From the NCBI GenBank assembly GCA_964304625.1, contig OZ199840.1, positions 7,355,635-7,419,634 on the forward strand: a stretch of 64,000 bases of DNA, written 5' to 3'. Shown here piece by piece: positions 1 to 13,026 of the stretch. Source of the stretch: Kudoa neothunni (Eukaryota > Animalia > Cnidaria). Both the position numbers and the translations under genes were made by a program. Every line of letters begins with the position of its first letter. Positions within the stretch are counted from its first letter, which is position 1. The notes beneath the pieces were generated by a model. The model saw only the letters and a list, made by a program, of their open reading frames with translations. It did not search any database and was not told where the DNA came from.

Positions 1-610
1 ATGCCAAAATTTTTAGTCATTAAATTAAAAATTTTATTTCTCTAAAATTCATTGATTTTACTTAGTATGGGAACCTAACTGATCGTATTATCGGTCAGTA
101 AAATATTAATTTTCTCAAATAATGCTTTGATATCCATTACATGGATAATTAGTTAATTTAGTACGGTAAAACAAATATTTAGCGCGAGATTGGTATTTTT
201 ATTCATTAACACATCAAACCATGAATAATATATTTTATCAGATAATTAAATTGTTCGCTTGCCATATTTTTAGACATTAGCGCGAACTGCCCATCGCTGC
301 TTGGGGAAGATTTCGCATAGAGACGTTTCTTTATAACATTAAAAAATACTATGTTTCAAATTGATTTATAGAAAAAGTCAAACTAAATTTTTTTAAGCAT
401 CATTCTTTGTCGATTTTGATTTCGAAATTTAAATCATGATCATTTCTGTGCAGGTGTGTATCAATCCTGGTTTTTAATTAACAATTTCTTGTCCCAACAC
501 CAACATTAAATAATTTAAGGTCAGTGTCATATTTATTTTCGTTCCAGAATTATTTAAACTCTGTTAAAATGAAATCTAATAAGTTATTTTTTGGCCCAGA
601 GGATATTTAA

Positions 611-2776
611 TCTTCCGAGCGCCTGAAAATCGACTTCACACATTCCTTCTTGTGGGATCCAATGGACCCCACATGTTTTTAGCTTGAATTATTGAAAAAA
701 ATGAAATAAGTAATTTAGAAAAGTATGGGAGAAAACTATCGATAAAATATTGGAAAACGTTAAAATTATAACACCGTCGACTAGTAACGATGCTTGCCGA
801 AATATTAATAACTTTAAATTAAGCGAGTGTAGCCTCTTTTTTGATATGATGGGTTTTAATAAAAAGTATATATAATTCACCATTAAATAAATTCAAAAGA
901 TTGTTTCCTTCGTAATTAATTTTTTAATAATCACGCCCAATAATACCCGCAATACGTATTGTTCCAAAATACATAAAATGCGAGATATTTATATTTTTTT
1001 TGTTTTTGATATTATAAAATATCACGAAAACAACTTTTGAACTGCTTTCATTACAGATGGCTCTACAAACAAAACATAAAATCCTCGCTTTTCTGTCTCG
1101 AGATATCGAACAACGACAGCATCACTCGAGGCAAAAAAATTCTATTATGCGCTTATAACTTTAATCAACGCGATTTTTGTTTCTCTGAACATAATTCTTT
1201 GCCAAACCATCTTCAAGCTCTTCTAGAAACTTAACTCTTGAACAATTGGGATCACAGAAAACAGTCATGAAGATAAAATGAATTAACCAAGCTAATACCA
1301 ACTATAATGAAGAATACTTCTGTCGACCAAAGATTCGTTTACTTTATACACTCTTTGTGGCAATAATATGATCCACTGTTTCCATTTGTCCGTTTTAACG
1401 ACTATATTCCAGGTTAACAACAGATTTTTTCAGTCTGTATCTTCAACATTCGTAGTGAACCGGAGGTTGTTAGTAGTAAAACTGCTTTATCTTTTATAGG
1501 AACATAGGAGATTAGTATTAATTTTTGATTGAACAAAAGTGTACTGAAATTTCCAGTTTTGAATTCATTTTTAGATAATTTGTAATATCTCTTTTATTAT
1601 TTCGGATTGTTCCAGTCGTTCCCCGTGTAAGAGTTTTTGGGCAATGGAAACAGAAGTAAAGAAGTTTCCACAAATGATATTTCTCCCACTTTCCATTAAT
1701 GATGACACAAAATCTAGAAAAATATCTCCTCAACATTTCCTGACGTTTGATTATTGTTTTTATCCAAATACACAGGCAAGTTATGAGTGTACTTGGTCTC
1801 GGGATTGGTAAGGAGAAAATCCTTAGTTCCGTACATTGTTGGTTTGGACAGTATACATTGCCGAAGAAAAATTTTCCCTAAAATCAAATGACTGCTCGTC
1901 AATGGTTAAACTCTCCTGGAGGTAATAAAGTTCGGAACGACAATCTTTCGAAAAATATCCCTTCGCTTTCCAACACTCCAAAGAAATTTGAATCGTTCTA
2001 ATTAAGATTTGAAAATGGAAATACAATTATGGATTCCCAAATTAGCTAATAAATCTTGTTTTGAAAAGTCTTCAATTAATTTTGATAATTAAAATTGGTA
2101 AACGTGTTAATGTTTGACATAACAGTTGAGGGAATAGATTTCACCATAAAATATGAGGAATGATTAGCTAAGGTGATTCTGTTTGAAACATAAGAAATTG
2201 AACCTGGATAATTTGAAAAATATTTCGTTTAAAGCTTTTAGTTATTTGAAGTTTCTCAGAAAATCAATTAACATCATCCTTATCTTCGTAAATTTTTCGA
2301 TAGCGTTTATTATCTTCAGAAATATTAGAATGACATAAATATCTAAATTATCAAAAGATATAAAATTCATTGATATCGGATTCAAATTCATCAAAAATAT
2401 TACGCTCAGAACAATTTATGGCGGCGTTTTACTCGTAGATAATGATCGGCATTTAGCGTATGTATGTTTCTTTCAATTTTTCTCTGTTTCTCTCGATATA
2501 ATTTGATTTAATTCTCAAATTGTTGTAAATTATTTTTCTTTGTTGTTTGATAGAAATAAAACGTGGGGTTCATTGTACCCCAAAAGAAGATATGTGTGAA
2601 TATTCTGATTATTTCGTTATCTGAATGTTCAAATTAAAATTTTCTGTTATATTTTAATAGAACTCATATTTGTAGAAGAATTTATATGATCTTAAATCAT
2701 CTGATATAATATAATGTTCTCTAAAATTGATCCAAACATCCATTGGGGTCCAATGGACCCAAAGACGCTTGGAAGG
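611..2776 (-). mobile_element. Decayed full-length piggyBac DNA transposon (PGBD4-like transposase pseudogene)
   Basis: TTAA target sites at 607-610 and 2777-2780. Imperfect 14-bp TIRs (tcttccgagcgcct / rc ccttccaagcgtct). Subterminal palindromes GGG(A/G)TCCAATGGACCC at ~654, ~2746, with a variant at ~2564. Minus-strand fragments TIDEQ, FLRQCILSKPTMYG, GTIRNNKRDI and a C-terminal Cys-rich remnant. Many stops and frameshifts. Confidence 0.9.
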
Positions 2777-4782
2777 TTAAAGTCGAATTCTTGGTCGGCT
2801 CGGAAAATGTGTGCACCACTATCTGTTTAAGAGAACAAAATAGAAAAAGTAATGGAGATGAAGAAAACACAAGAAAATTAATTTTTGTTTCTCAAATTAA
2901 TATCGTTTGGTTCCCCATAAACTTTAATGCGATTTTTTGAACAAACATTGAATAATTTTGTTTCTTTCTTGATTATTTATTATTACTATTTAGATTTTTT
3001 ACTATTGATATATAATAATTTTTTTATAAAATAACTTTAAAAATAAAATATTTGCAAATTTCACAAAAACATCTCATTTTTCACTATAATAAAAATATTC
3101 GTGAACATTTAAATACAAATATAAATGTAGTAAGATTTGTATTAGTTTAATTGTTTTATCAAATTTTTTATTAGAAATTAAGAATTATCCAGTTTTTATT
3201 ATTAAAATTCAAGAACCTAATATTTAAATACGATTATATTGATTTTTTTACCTTGAAGTATAATGTAAAACATTGGGAAAAAAATGTTGAACTTTATTTT
3301 TATTTTTTTATATGCCAAAATTTCCTAAAAAAAAATTCGACCAAATATACTAATTGTGAATATTTCAAAATGTAAACACAATATGTTAATTAAGGTAATT
3401 ATTTTTATCTGTATATATATAATTCATTAAAACTAATAATTTTAAAGGAGTAACAATTTTTTCGTTTTTATGCTTTTTTATAACTACATTTTTACGTTTA
3501 TCGAATGCTATACTAAATACACATATAAGAATTCCCTCCTAAAAAGTAATAACTTCCTATAATCTACCTTTAATTATTTCCCCATTGAAATTAAATGCTG
3601 ATCTAAAATATGGTGTTGATTAATTATTAAAAAAATTAATCAACTCCAAGAAAATTAAGAAAATATATTTTGGGAGCACGCGGTTGTTTTCTCGCTTTCA
3701 AATTATTCATGCTTAAAACCTATAAAAATCTGTGTAATTAAATTTGATATTGTAAAATTTGTGTTTTTATGGTAAAAAAATACGAAATTGAATCAATTTA
3801 TGAATGATTATCAAAACAAATTAGAGAACAATTCAATGTTTGTTGAAGAAAGATGGAGATTACGCGTGTATCCGACCGCGTTCGGATGAAAAATTCTCAA
3901 AATTTTAGTTATTAGTTTGAGCTGAATTTGTTCTCTCCGTATTCTTTTATTTTATTATCAAGAATCGTGAAAAAGGAAATGCGAAAAACATGCGCAAGAG
4001 GACCTTTTTTGGGTGCCACGTGGTTTACCATTACCTGATATGTTATTGACAGGCCTAATGAACATTCTAAACCTAATATGTTTTTTGTATTGTTTAATGG
4101 TGAAATGCGTAAAGATTTATACAAATGTAAGAATAGTTTTAAAGAGCCAAATTAAAGTTATCTTGATACATTTTAATGTAATTTGACACATTGTTCTTCA
4201 TTATATACTGGTTTAACAAAAATTTTTATTGGTATCAGGGCAACCCTATTATTTATTAAATGGGGCGCCTTCCAAACTAACCTATAATTATTCAGATGCG
4301 AAGACTATAAAGCATATTTTTAATATAAAGTAAATATATTTTAAAGCTGATGGCGGGATTTTGCGGATTCTCCTTTTTATTTAAAATAGAGATTTGACGT
4401 AAACCTTACTTCATTACATTGTTTGTTGAAGACTCTTCTAAAGGATAACCTCTGGATAGTCCCCATAGCCGAATGGAATCCATAGGTATGAAATAAAAAA
4501 ATGTATACATTTAGCTTCTAATAACGCTCTAATACCTTTGAATCAAAATAATTGTCATTCGATATTTTAATAATATTTATTATTTTGATATCAATTCGTA
4601 ATAACTACATTTAAATGAAGTAGCGGGCACATCATTTATTAAAAGTTAAATATTTAAATCAATAAATATACTTTTTTTCTTTATAACTCTATAATTATAA
4701 ATTACAGACTTAAATTAAGGAATCCAGAAGCTTTGAGCCCTTTCATCCAGTTTGATGTGCAAAAAAAGTCAAACTATCGAAA

Positions 4783-4824
4783 TTAGGGTCAAAAATGACC
4801 CTAATTTAGTCCCATGAGGATTAA
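4783..4824. mobile_element. Solo piggyBac-type terminus
   Basis: Palindrome TTAGGGTCAAAAATGACCCTAA followed by ...cccatgagga-TTAA, the typical piggyBac end layout; partner end not found. Confidence 0.5.
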
Positions 4825-5624
4825 ACAATAAAGTTCATTTTTATATGATTGCGCTTATGATTCAGATACTTAGTTATGAGCGGGTTGTTTATTTATTATG
4901 AATTGTATTAAAGAATTTGTTGCATAAGAATTTACTATTTTTCTAAATAATCGTCCTGGAAAAGAGAAGATAAAATTTAACGTCAAGTGTAGTCGAAATT
5001 ATCAAATTATTTTTATTAAAATTTTTCCATGAATTGTGTTGAGCTATTTTTAATTTAGAATCTAGACGCAGAAATCAAATTTGGTATTATTTATGAATAT
5101 TTCAGCTTTCAGTTTGTTAAATTAGGTAATACTAAATATATTAATTAAAAAGTAATTTTATTTTGTTAAGCTTAGAAAACTAAAAAATATTGGAAGTAAT
5201 CAGTATGCTTCTATAATTTTTTATATCTGGTTGTTTAAAGTTGGATGAAAAATAAAAGGTTTACTAACTCTTTATCTTATTTTTTTAATAGAAATTAATA
5301 AATCTAAAAAGCAATTAATTAAATTATAATTTAATTTAACATGTAAACTTATTTTGTTCAATGTGAATGCTACGAAAATTCTAAATCATATCTTTAAGAA
5401 TGTTAAATAAATATCTTTTTGGACGCGTATATTAATTGATAAAGCTATTAAATCATAATATTTTATGCAATTGTATTAAAAATTGTTATCCAGTTGATTT
5501 TTTAAAATAATGCAAAATATAATGTTTTAACTCTAAATTATATTACATTTATTATATTTGTGTGATTAAAATAAATTATCACACAGATAGTTATTATTTT
5601 TAATTTATATGAGCAAAAACTTAA

Positions 5625-5736
5625 AAAATTAACTCACATATTATTTTTTATATATCATTATAAAACGCCTCATTTCGTGAGTTAATATTATAAATTTTAA
5701 TAATGTAATATAAGAAATAATATGTGAGTTAATTTT
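5625..5736. repeat. ~110-bp foldback / MITE-like inverted repeat
   Basis: aaaattaactcacatattattt(t/c)ttatat at 5625-5653 is inverted at 5708-5736 with one mismatch, and looser pairing continues inward. Confidence 0.75.
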
Positions 5737-5971
5737 GAGATTCGACAAGAGAAGAAAATATTCAAACCGTAAATAATATATGTATGGAAATGTCTACATA
5801 AGTTTTTTTACAGAACCTAATCAAAATTTTAATTAAAAAATTAAATAAGCCGAGATTAAATTCATTAAATCAAAATTTTACCTTTTCAAAACGAAATGAT
5901 GTGCTGATAGGTATCAGTTTTGTTGGAAAGCTTTCATAATAAAATTCTACAACCGCTGATAAACCAACATT

Positions 5972-7241
5972 TTATATTCGAATAATTCGCGGTTTAAAGT
6001 TGGCAAGAACATAACAAAATAAGATAAATTGAATCGAAGCTTCGAAGAAACCAAACACACCGACCATCTTGGGTGTTATTGAGGCATCCAATTCCAATTT
6101 TTCAAAACCAGAATCAATGAGAAGATAGGTTGAAACGGCGGATGAAAATGCGATACCAAATGCGTAGCACAAAGAGGGGCACACGTAGTTCATAAGTTTA
6201 TGACGAATGCCTTCATTTTGACAGTAGATACGCATAAAAAACTCCACTATTATAAAAACCATAACCAATAAATTGTACGCAGTAAACACATATTTTGACG
6301 GAAAATTTGTGTAAGGCATCAGCACTGAAAGCACCACATTAAACAAACAACTTACCCAATGAATTATCAATAGAAACATATAAAAATCATATTTGATGTG
6401 CGATAACGTTTGGCGATGATACATATTTTTCGATAGTCAATCGAATACATATAAAGTCGACACAGCAGGTATTTCATGGTAAGAGTCTTCACGAGGATTA
6501 ATGATCTTAAGTAGCTGAGGGTACTTCATCTCTGTAAATAGATTAGTAAACCATGAGAGAAGCTAACTTAGTTGAATAACTCTTCTAGATCCTGTCTTTT
6601 ATATTCCGATTTTGGCTAATCTTGGGGACTAATATCGCATTCATAATTTCAAAAATAATTTATCCCAAAACACCATAGGTGATTTTTACCCATAAGATTT
6701 TTTCAAACATTTCTTTCTGATTTAGTTTAAAAAGAATGAATTTCCTAAATAATAGGGAGAAAGGCGCTTCACTTCTCCAGAATGTATTTTGAATGTGCAA
6801 CATAAAAGTTTGATTATGCATTAATATATTCAATAATTTTATTCCAATTAAAGGTAAGTGGTTTTCTCAGAAAAAATTAATTCCTTCTCTTCGGATAAAG
6901 ATTTCTAAATACAGAATGAAGATGCAATGAGAAGTGACTCTAAAGGATTTCAAAATATTTACTTTTGTAGCAACATATAACAACATATTTTGTAATTTTC
7001 CTTAAAAGATTATATTTATTTTTCCACATGTATTGAACATCTGGTCATTAACTAAAGCTGGCACGCTATTTATAAGCCGTAACTCATTTACCTCTTTAGA
7101 ATTTCCCATATTCAGTTTGTTAATCCTGCCCTTCATGACTGACACATCAGTAGAATTCAAGTCTTCCAAAGCTAATCTAAAAATTACCGTAATTTTATCA
7201 AGCTGCAGCCATTTCTCGGTGATAATATTAGTTTGACTCAT
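5972..7241 (-). CDS. Orphan multi-pass membrane protein locus (multi-exon; possibly a pseudogene or two genes)
   Basis: 150-aa ORF 5972-6424 with four hydrophobic segments. Upstream exon-like segments with intron signals (e.g. GTTAG..TACTAAT..ACAG at ~6532-6567) and a 79-aa ORF 7002-7241. In-frame stops prevent a clean model. Confidence 0.4.
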
Positions 7242-8446
7242 TATGGGTTACTGTTCCCTTTTCGGCATTTTAATAAAATTAAGTTTTCACATTAAATAAG
7301 TATTATTTAAATTTTTTACCTATAATTACTCATTATATAAATTTTGGCTAAATTTAAAAAAATAGAATTCTGAATGGGTTAAAAAAGACCTGGCATTGTT
7401 TCATCAGATTTTAGTAGTGACAATTCGGTAGGAATCTAATTAATAGGTTATAGTTAAAACAATAATGAATTATTACGTTTTCTATAAAGATAATTTTTGA
7501 CAAAACTAACTTAAACTACATTACTTTTTTATATAGTCGCATATGAGTATAATTTGTTGATTTTATGCCAGAAGTACAAGTTCCAATAGCATTTCTTGTG
7601 TAAAATTAATGTAAGATTAGGTTTTATTTTCGAGGAAACACGGTATTAACGCGTTTCCCAACACTCACAATATTCGGATTATATCTTCAGTCTCTAAATT
7701 CTCATTGGTTGAAAATTTCTGTGTCGAATTTCTTTAATAATTTTGTATTTTTAAAAATCGATTTTAACGGATCATGTATATTTTTTTAAATTTCTCAACC
7801 AAATTTAGGATATTAAATAATGTTGTTGTTAAAAAATCTTATTCAATTAGATAAGAACGTTTTGGGTGACCATCGTCCCTGCCTGCTAAAAGTCAAATCT
7901 CAATTAAAACAGGGATTATATTGTTGGATGTTGGGCGCCGTGATAAGGGAAGACTTTATTAGAACACATAAAACATCAGATCAGCTTCAATATTCTTAAA
8001 TCTATAATCACAAGATAATTAACATCCCCTCGAAGGTTCCACCGACTATAAATAACGTTCTGCTGAATTTTAGTTCATTGTGGTTACAACAATCTCCAAC
8101 AAATCGGGTCATGATCATCATAACTCTAAGAAAATACGGATTTCCTCTGTATAAAAATAGGTTTAAAGCGGAATCAGCACAACTCCCAATGTATTCGTCA
8201 GTTTTTTGTAGAACTACCAAAAACAGAAAAAACTCATAAACCATTATTTTACTCCGTATTTTCATCCTGATCGAATTATGATGATCAAAAATCGCAAATA
8301 TAGCCGTTTTAACATCGAAGATCAATAAACCGCGTTATTGAATTTATTAAGTTTATCATTAAATACACGAAAGGCTCAGCAATAAACATAAATCGAACGA
8401 AACTACTTTAATTTAAAACGTTCAAGCTCGTTAACCTACGCACACA

Positions 8447-8456
8447 TGCCACGTGG
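8447..8456 (+). promoter_or_regulatory. TGCCACGTGG G-box/E-box-like motif ~320 bp upstream of DNAJC11
   Basis: Exact 10-mer also found at 4014-4023 and (reverse) 33546-33555. Confidence 0.5.
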
Positions 8457-8778
8457 TAATAAAATTTTTCAAACCCGCTCATTAAATATCAATGTTATGA
8501 ATTTATAATATTTTTATTAATTTAACGCCAAAATTTAACTATTCTAAAAAAGTTTTCCACTCAGATCTTTCTTATTTAAGCGACAGAAATGGACCAACGA
8601 TAATCATTATTCAATTTTTAAATGTTTCATCACATTATTTATCGATTCTATTAGATATAAGCATGAAAATGATCATAGAAAAATTTAGGTTTTCAAGCGC
8701 GCGCAGTCCAACTATATTTGGTGTGACATTAATCAGGTCCAAAATTTTTTCCTTGATTTATTATTCTTTTGTGTAATA

Positions 8779-11700
8779 ATGATGAAAGATGATTTGGACT
8801 ATTATGGTGCATTGAACTTGGACCAAAATGTAGAAATGAAGTCACTCTAAAAATTAATCTTATCGTTAATTGTTCTAGTGTACAACTGATGACGTTAAAC
8901 GTGCGTACAAAAAATTTTCACAAGCGTTTCATCCAGATCGTCATGTTAATGATCAAATGAATTATGTATAATATTAGGCGTGATAGAAGTCTTATTAATT
9001 TGTGTGTATAGGAGGCGAATGAAGCGTTTTCAAAAATACAAAAAGCATATACTGGTAATTTGGCGGCAACTTCTCCTATCCTACATTTTCGTTATATAAT
9101 AGTGTTGATTGATCCAGAAAAGCGTAAACTTTACGATCAAGATTTGCAAAATCAACGAAATACAGACAACAAAACAGTATGTACAATTTTAACAACTATA
9201 GAATTTTTTTAATGCAATATTTTATTTAGTTAGTACGTTACTCTATTTCCGACTATTCGGTAATTGGCTATCCCATCTTCCCTATACATTTATATAAACA
9301 CCACTAAGTAATGATAATAATAGAATGTCGATCTAATACAAGAACGAAAAAAATTGTTGGATGATATTGCCGTGTATGGGGCATTGGTTACCCGAGGCAG
9401 TTCTAGTGTAACAATAAATATGAAGGAATTAGTGGATCCAAGATTTGAATCAGCTACATTTATTGAGTAATTAATGTTTAATAGTCGAAAAAATCTCGAG
9501 TTGTTTATATCTTGTAGAAAATTGATGGAGACTCGTGTTGTTGGAATAATGGTGCATCAGTCTTCTGAAGTAACAGTCATCCGCACATCCAATTAATATT
9601 ATTGTCGTGTGTTGGTTTTGATAGTTTGAATTGTCGCGATCAAATGTGGTCAAATTTGAATCACAAATGGTTACGAAAGAAGGACGTGGTCATGGATTAT
9701 TTGGCGTGGGGGTGAACCACTTGCTTTCACCGTCCACTAGAATCGGCGTATTTTCTACAGCTTTCAGTTCCCCCCAATATCTACATTTACTTGTCGGATT
9801 TAGGCGACATACTATGTGGGGGAAGGTTCTAAACTAGTTTTGAATGCAGTTAAAATCTTAAATGATAAAACGTAATCTACTCGCATTATTTTGCTCCATT
9901 CATCTATTGGTTTAATTGTTATCTTTTTGGTTGATACATATAATTGAGAGATGTTTCTTTTAGAAAATGCAATCTTCTTATGACTGGCGCGCTAAATGAT
10001 AAGAGTGTATTTGTTGGGTATCAACTAAGTAGGTGTTTCTTTTGCATTCTTGTGACTAAATGAAGCGCTATGGATGTAAGACTAATTTGAAAATTTGTTT
10101 TTAGAGGTTGTACATCCATTGACACCAAACTTCAAAACCACGGTTATATGTGAAAATTTTTTACCACCTGAGTTTACACTTAAAGTATCTTACAGCAGCT
10201 CCAAGTCATTCTATACCGAAATGTTCACAAAAGTGATTGTACAATTAAATTAAGAAAATTGACAATATTTAATAATTAGGTTGGAAATCAACTGATCACT
10301 TATGGAACTGCCCTGTTGTACGGAGTATCTAAAAATCTGACTCTTGGATTATCTGGAAGGTAGTTTTACGATTTGACAAACAAACAAATATTTTATCTTT
10401 ACAGTATAAATAAGGAGACAATTAGCGCTGGATATTCGGCCGAATACAATGTCGATAAAATGAATCGAGTTTATGGTTCGGTAGAAATGTCCCCAGAGGA
10501 AGGTGTGGTTTTAAAATTGAAGTAATTGAGCCAAGTCATTTCATATAAATAAGTGTTGGTAGTTATCAGCGTCAAAATCAAACCATAACATTCCCAATAA
10601 TGCTGGCTGATCGAGTGAGTTTGACAGCTGCATTGGTGGGTACATTGGGAGGTGTAATTTGTGCTGGATTTTTCGATTTGGGTGTTATCAAACTATTAAA
10701 ATTTTGGGACAAAGAAAAGTATAACAAAAAATTAGCCCAGGAAAAAATTGAAAATCTAAATAGAATGAAAATCGACGCCAAATCTGCTGTAATCACTTGA
10801 TTCCGATAGTTTATTTTTTTAAACACACTTGCATTATTTTGATGCAGATTCTTCTGATGAAACCAAAATACGATGCAATATTAGCTGATGAGGTTAAGCA
10901 AAATGGACTTATAATTTTGAAAGCATTTATGGGAGAAATAAAGCTTTTATCGTCTGACGAGTAGACTTTTATCAACTTAGCATTTCTATGAAAGATGGTT
11001 TAGGTATTACCCAAATGGTGATGACATTGTGGACTTGAAAATTCCGCTGCAATTCTTAGTAAAAGATTCTAAATTGGTTGTAAAGTCCGGTTCTAAGGTA
11101 AGGCATGAGGAATTTAATTAATAATTTTGATTGGAGACCCTTTTCAACAACGATTAGATTTATTGCACTTAAGAAAAGTTTTTATTTAAAGGTTCATCTA
11201 TTGATTTAAATATTGGTTAACAATAATTAACATAAAAAGACTTACATTAAGATTATCTGATTTAAATATAACTATCGTGGGGAATTTTACAAATTTTTGG
11301 GATTTTCCTCTAATATGACGTTTGTATTTGATTTTTATTATCTCAAAGTAAAAACCGATTAATTTTACATATTCTACTAAATTTTGTTATATAATTTAAA
11401 GTGGATTTAAGGATAAATATTAATGAGTAATTCCAACAACTTTAGTCAAATCAACTTGGAGTTAAATTATACTCCAGATTTTTTGTGCGTTTTATAAAAC
11501 ATCTTGAATAACTCGATAGACTTTAATAAGTGTGATTGAGCAGAACAGATACTCATGAAACAATAAATTATACAAACTTTTCTTAGCTGTAATTCAATTT
11601 TTTCCATTAATTAATATTGCGTTAAATTACACTAAGTGTTGAAATGGTAAATTTTCATTTACATGGAACTAACTGTTGGCGAAAGTTAATCCTGTATTAT

Positions 11701-12871
11701 TTCAGTTATATTACTCGTTTTTGCCATTCAGCTGATTTAAATGTTGTATCAACACTGTTTAATTATCTAATCGTTCGTTATATGTATTATATTGGATTAT
11801 AATATATCGAAATTGATTTAACAGTCACAAATCTTACTGAATATCAAAGCTTGCTTAAACGTTTGATTAAATCAGGCCTTTACTCAATTACCGAGAATGT
11901 CCGAAATATTTAAATAAATTAAATATTAATATCACCTAATTTGATATTCATACCCATAATAACTCAAATCTTAAAAATGAAGTTATTAAATTCAAATAAT
12001 TTGCATCACATGAAAAGTGATTTTGAACAATTTTATATAATTATAATACGTTAATTCCGAAATTACTTACACATGAAGTAAGCTGGCACTGAATTCTTTC
12101 TTATCATTTATTTCATTTGTTTTTTGATTTGTATTTAAATATTAAATTTTTTTGCAATATAACTAAAATTTGCTTTTCTTAGAAACTAATATCGTTTTCA
12201 ATTTTGGGGGACTTGATATTTCGTCAGATTTTTATCTCTATTCTCATTGGTAATAAAACGTTTTAAATATTAAAATTTTTAAGGATTTAAAATGAACTCG
12301 GCATATTTATTCTACAGAAAGAGTTCTTGTTTTAATTAAATCGCTCGAGAACGAGAATTCTCGACGTTACAAACCTTCAATATTTTAAAACTAATAATCC
12401 CCAAAATCTTAAATAATGTAATAAATAAAAATAAGTTAATCTTCATTTTAATTCTAAAAAATATCATTTACTTTAAAATATTGAGCGTAATCGTCATTGT
12501 GCATTTTTGAGTAAAATTTATAAAAGCGAAAATAATTGAAAGTTATAATTTAATTTTTTTAATAATATATTATTTAATTGATAAATCGAATTAATTGAAT
12601 CACATGCCATTATCTGAGTTGAAAGGGTGATTCATTTGCTAAATTAAGCAAGTAAACATTCAACTTTAGTATAATATTCCTGGATTCTACAAGATCGACA
12701 CCAACAATCCTGTTTTTATAAAAATCTTGTACAGTTTTCGTGGCCATGTACATCAATTCAGTGCAAACATTGATGATGCTATTGTATTGCCTAAGAAATG
12801 TAACTGTTTAGTGTTCTTTCTTCGTGTTAATCATTCTTTGTTTAGGTCATCTGATAGATCCTGATGAATAA
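8779..12871 (+). CDS. DNAJC11: DnaJ homolog subfamily C member 11 (mitochondrial outer membrane, MICOS/SAM associated); multi-exon, with a ~1.57-kb intron 11098-12669
   Basis: Spliced J-domain LDYYGALNL..DVKRAYKKFSQAFHPDRH..AFSKIQKAYTVLIDPEKRKLYD. Central beta-strand-rich region. C-terminal DUF3395-type motifs NGLIILKAFMG, VDLKIPLQFLVKDSKL, NIPGFY..ILYSFRGHVHQ. Confidence 0.9.
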
Positions 12872-13026
12872 ATGACAAATCTCACCCAATAAATTTATCA
12901 TCGCAATGAATTGCATATGTAGACAAACGTGAATACGTTAATTTCTATAAATATGTTCAAATTTTGCCTATTTGTTTTGTGTATGTGTTCGCTTAAATCG
13001 GATTAGCTCTTCGGCGTGTCATTAGC

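Noticed and set aside
430-2940. Host exon interrupted by the piggyBac insertion
   Set aside because: Rejoining the flanks at TTAA gives only short frames with nearby stops and no recognisable protein.
7600-8370. ORF 8008-8325 and surrounding palindromic bits as a MULE/Crypton remnant
   Set aside because: Only a vague likeness (LFIVGGTFE to DGTF); no ends or further motifs could be supported.
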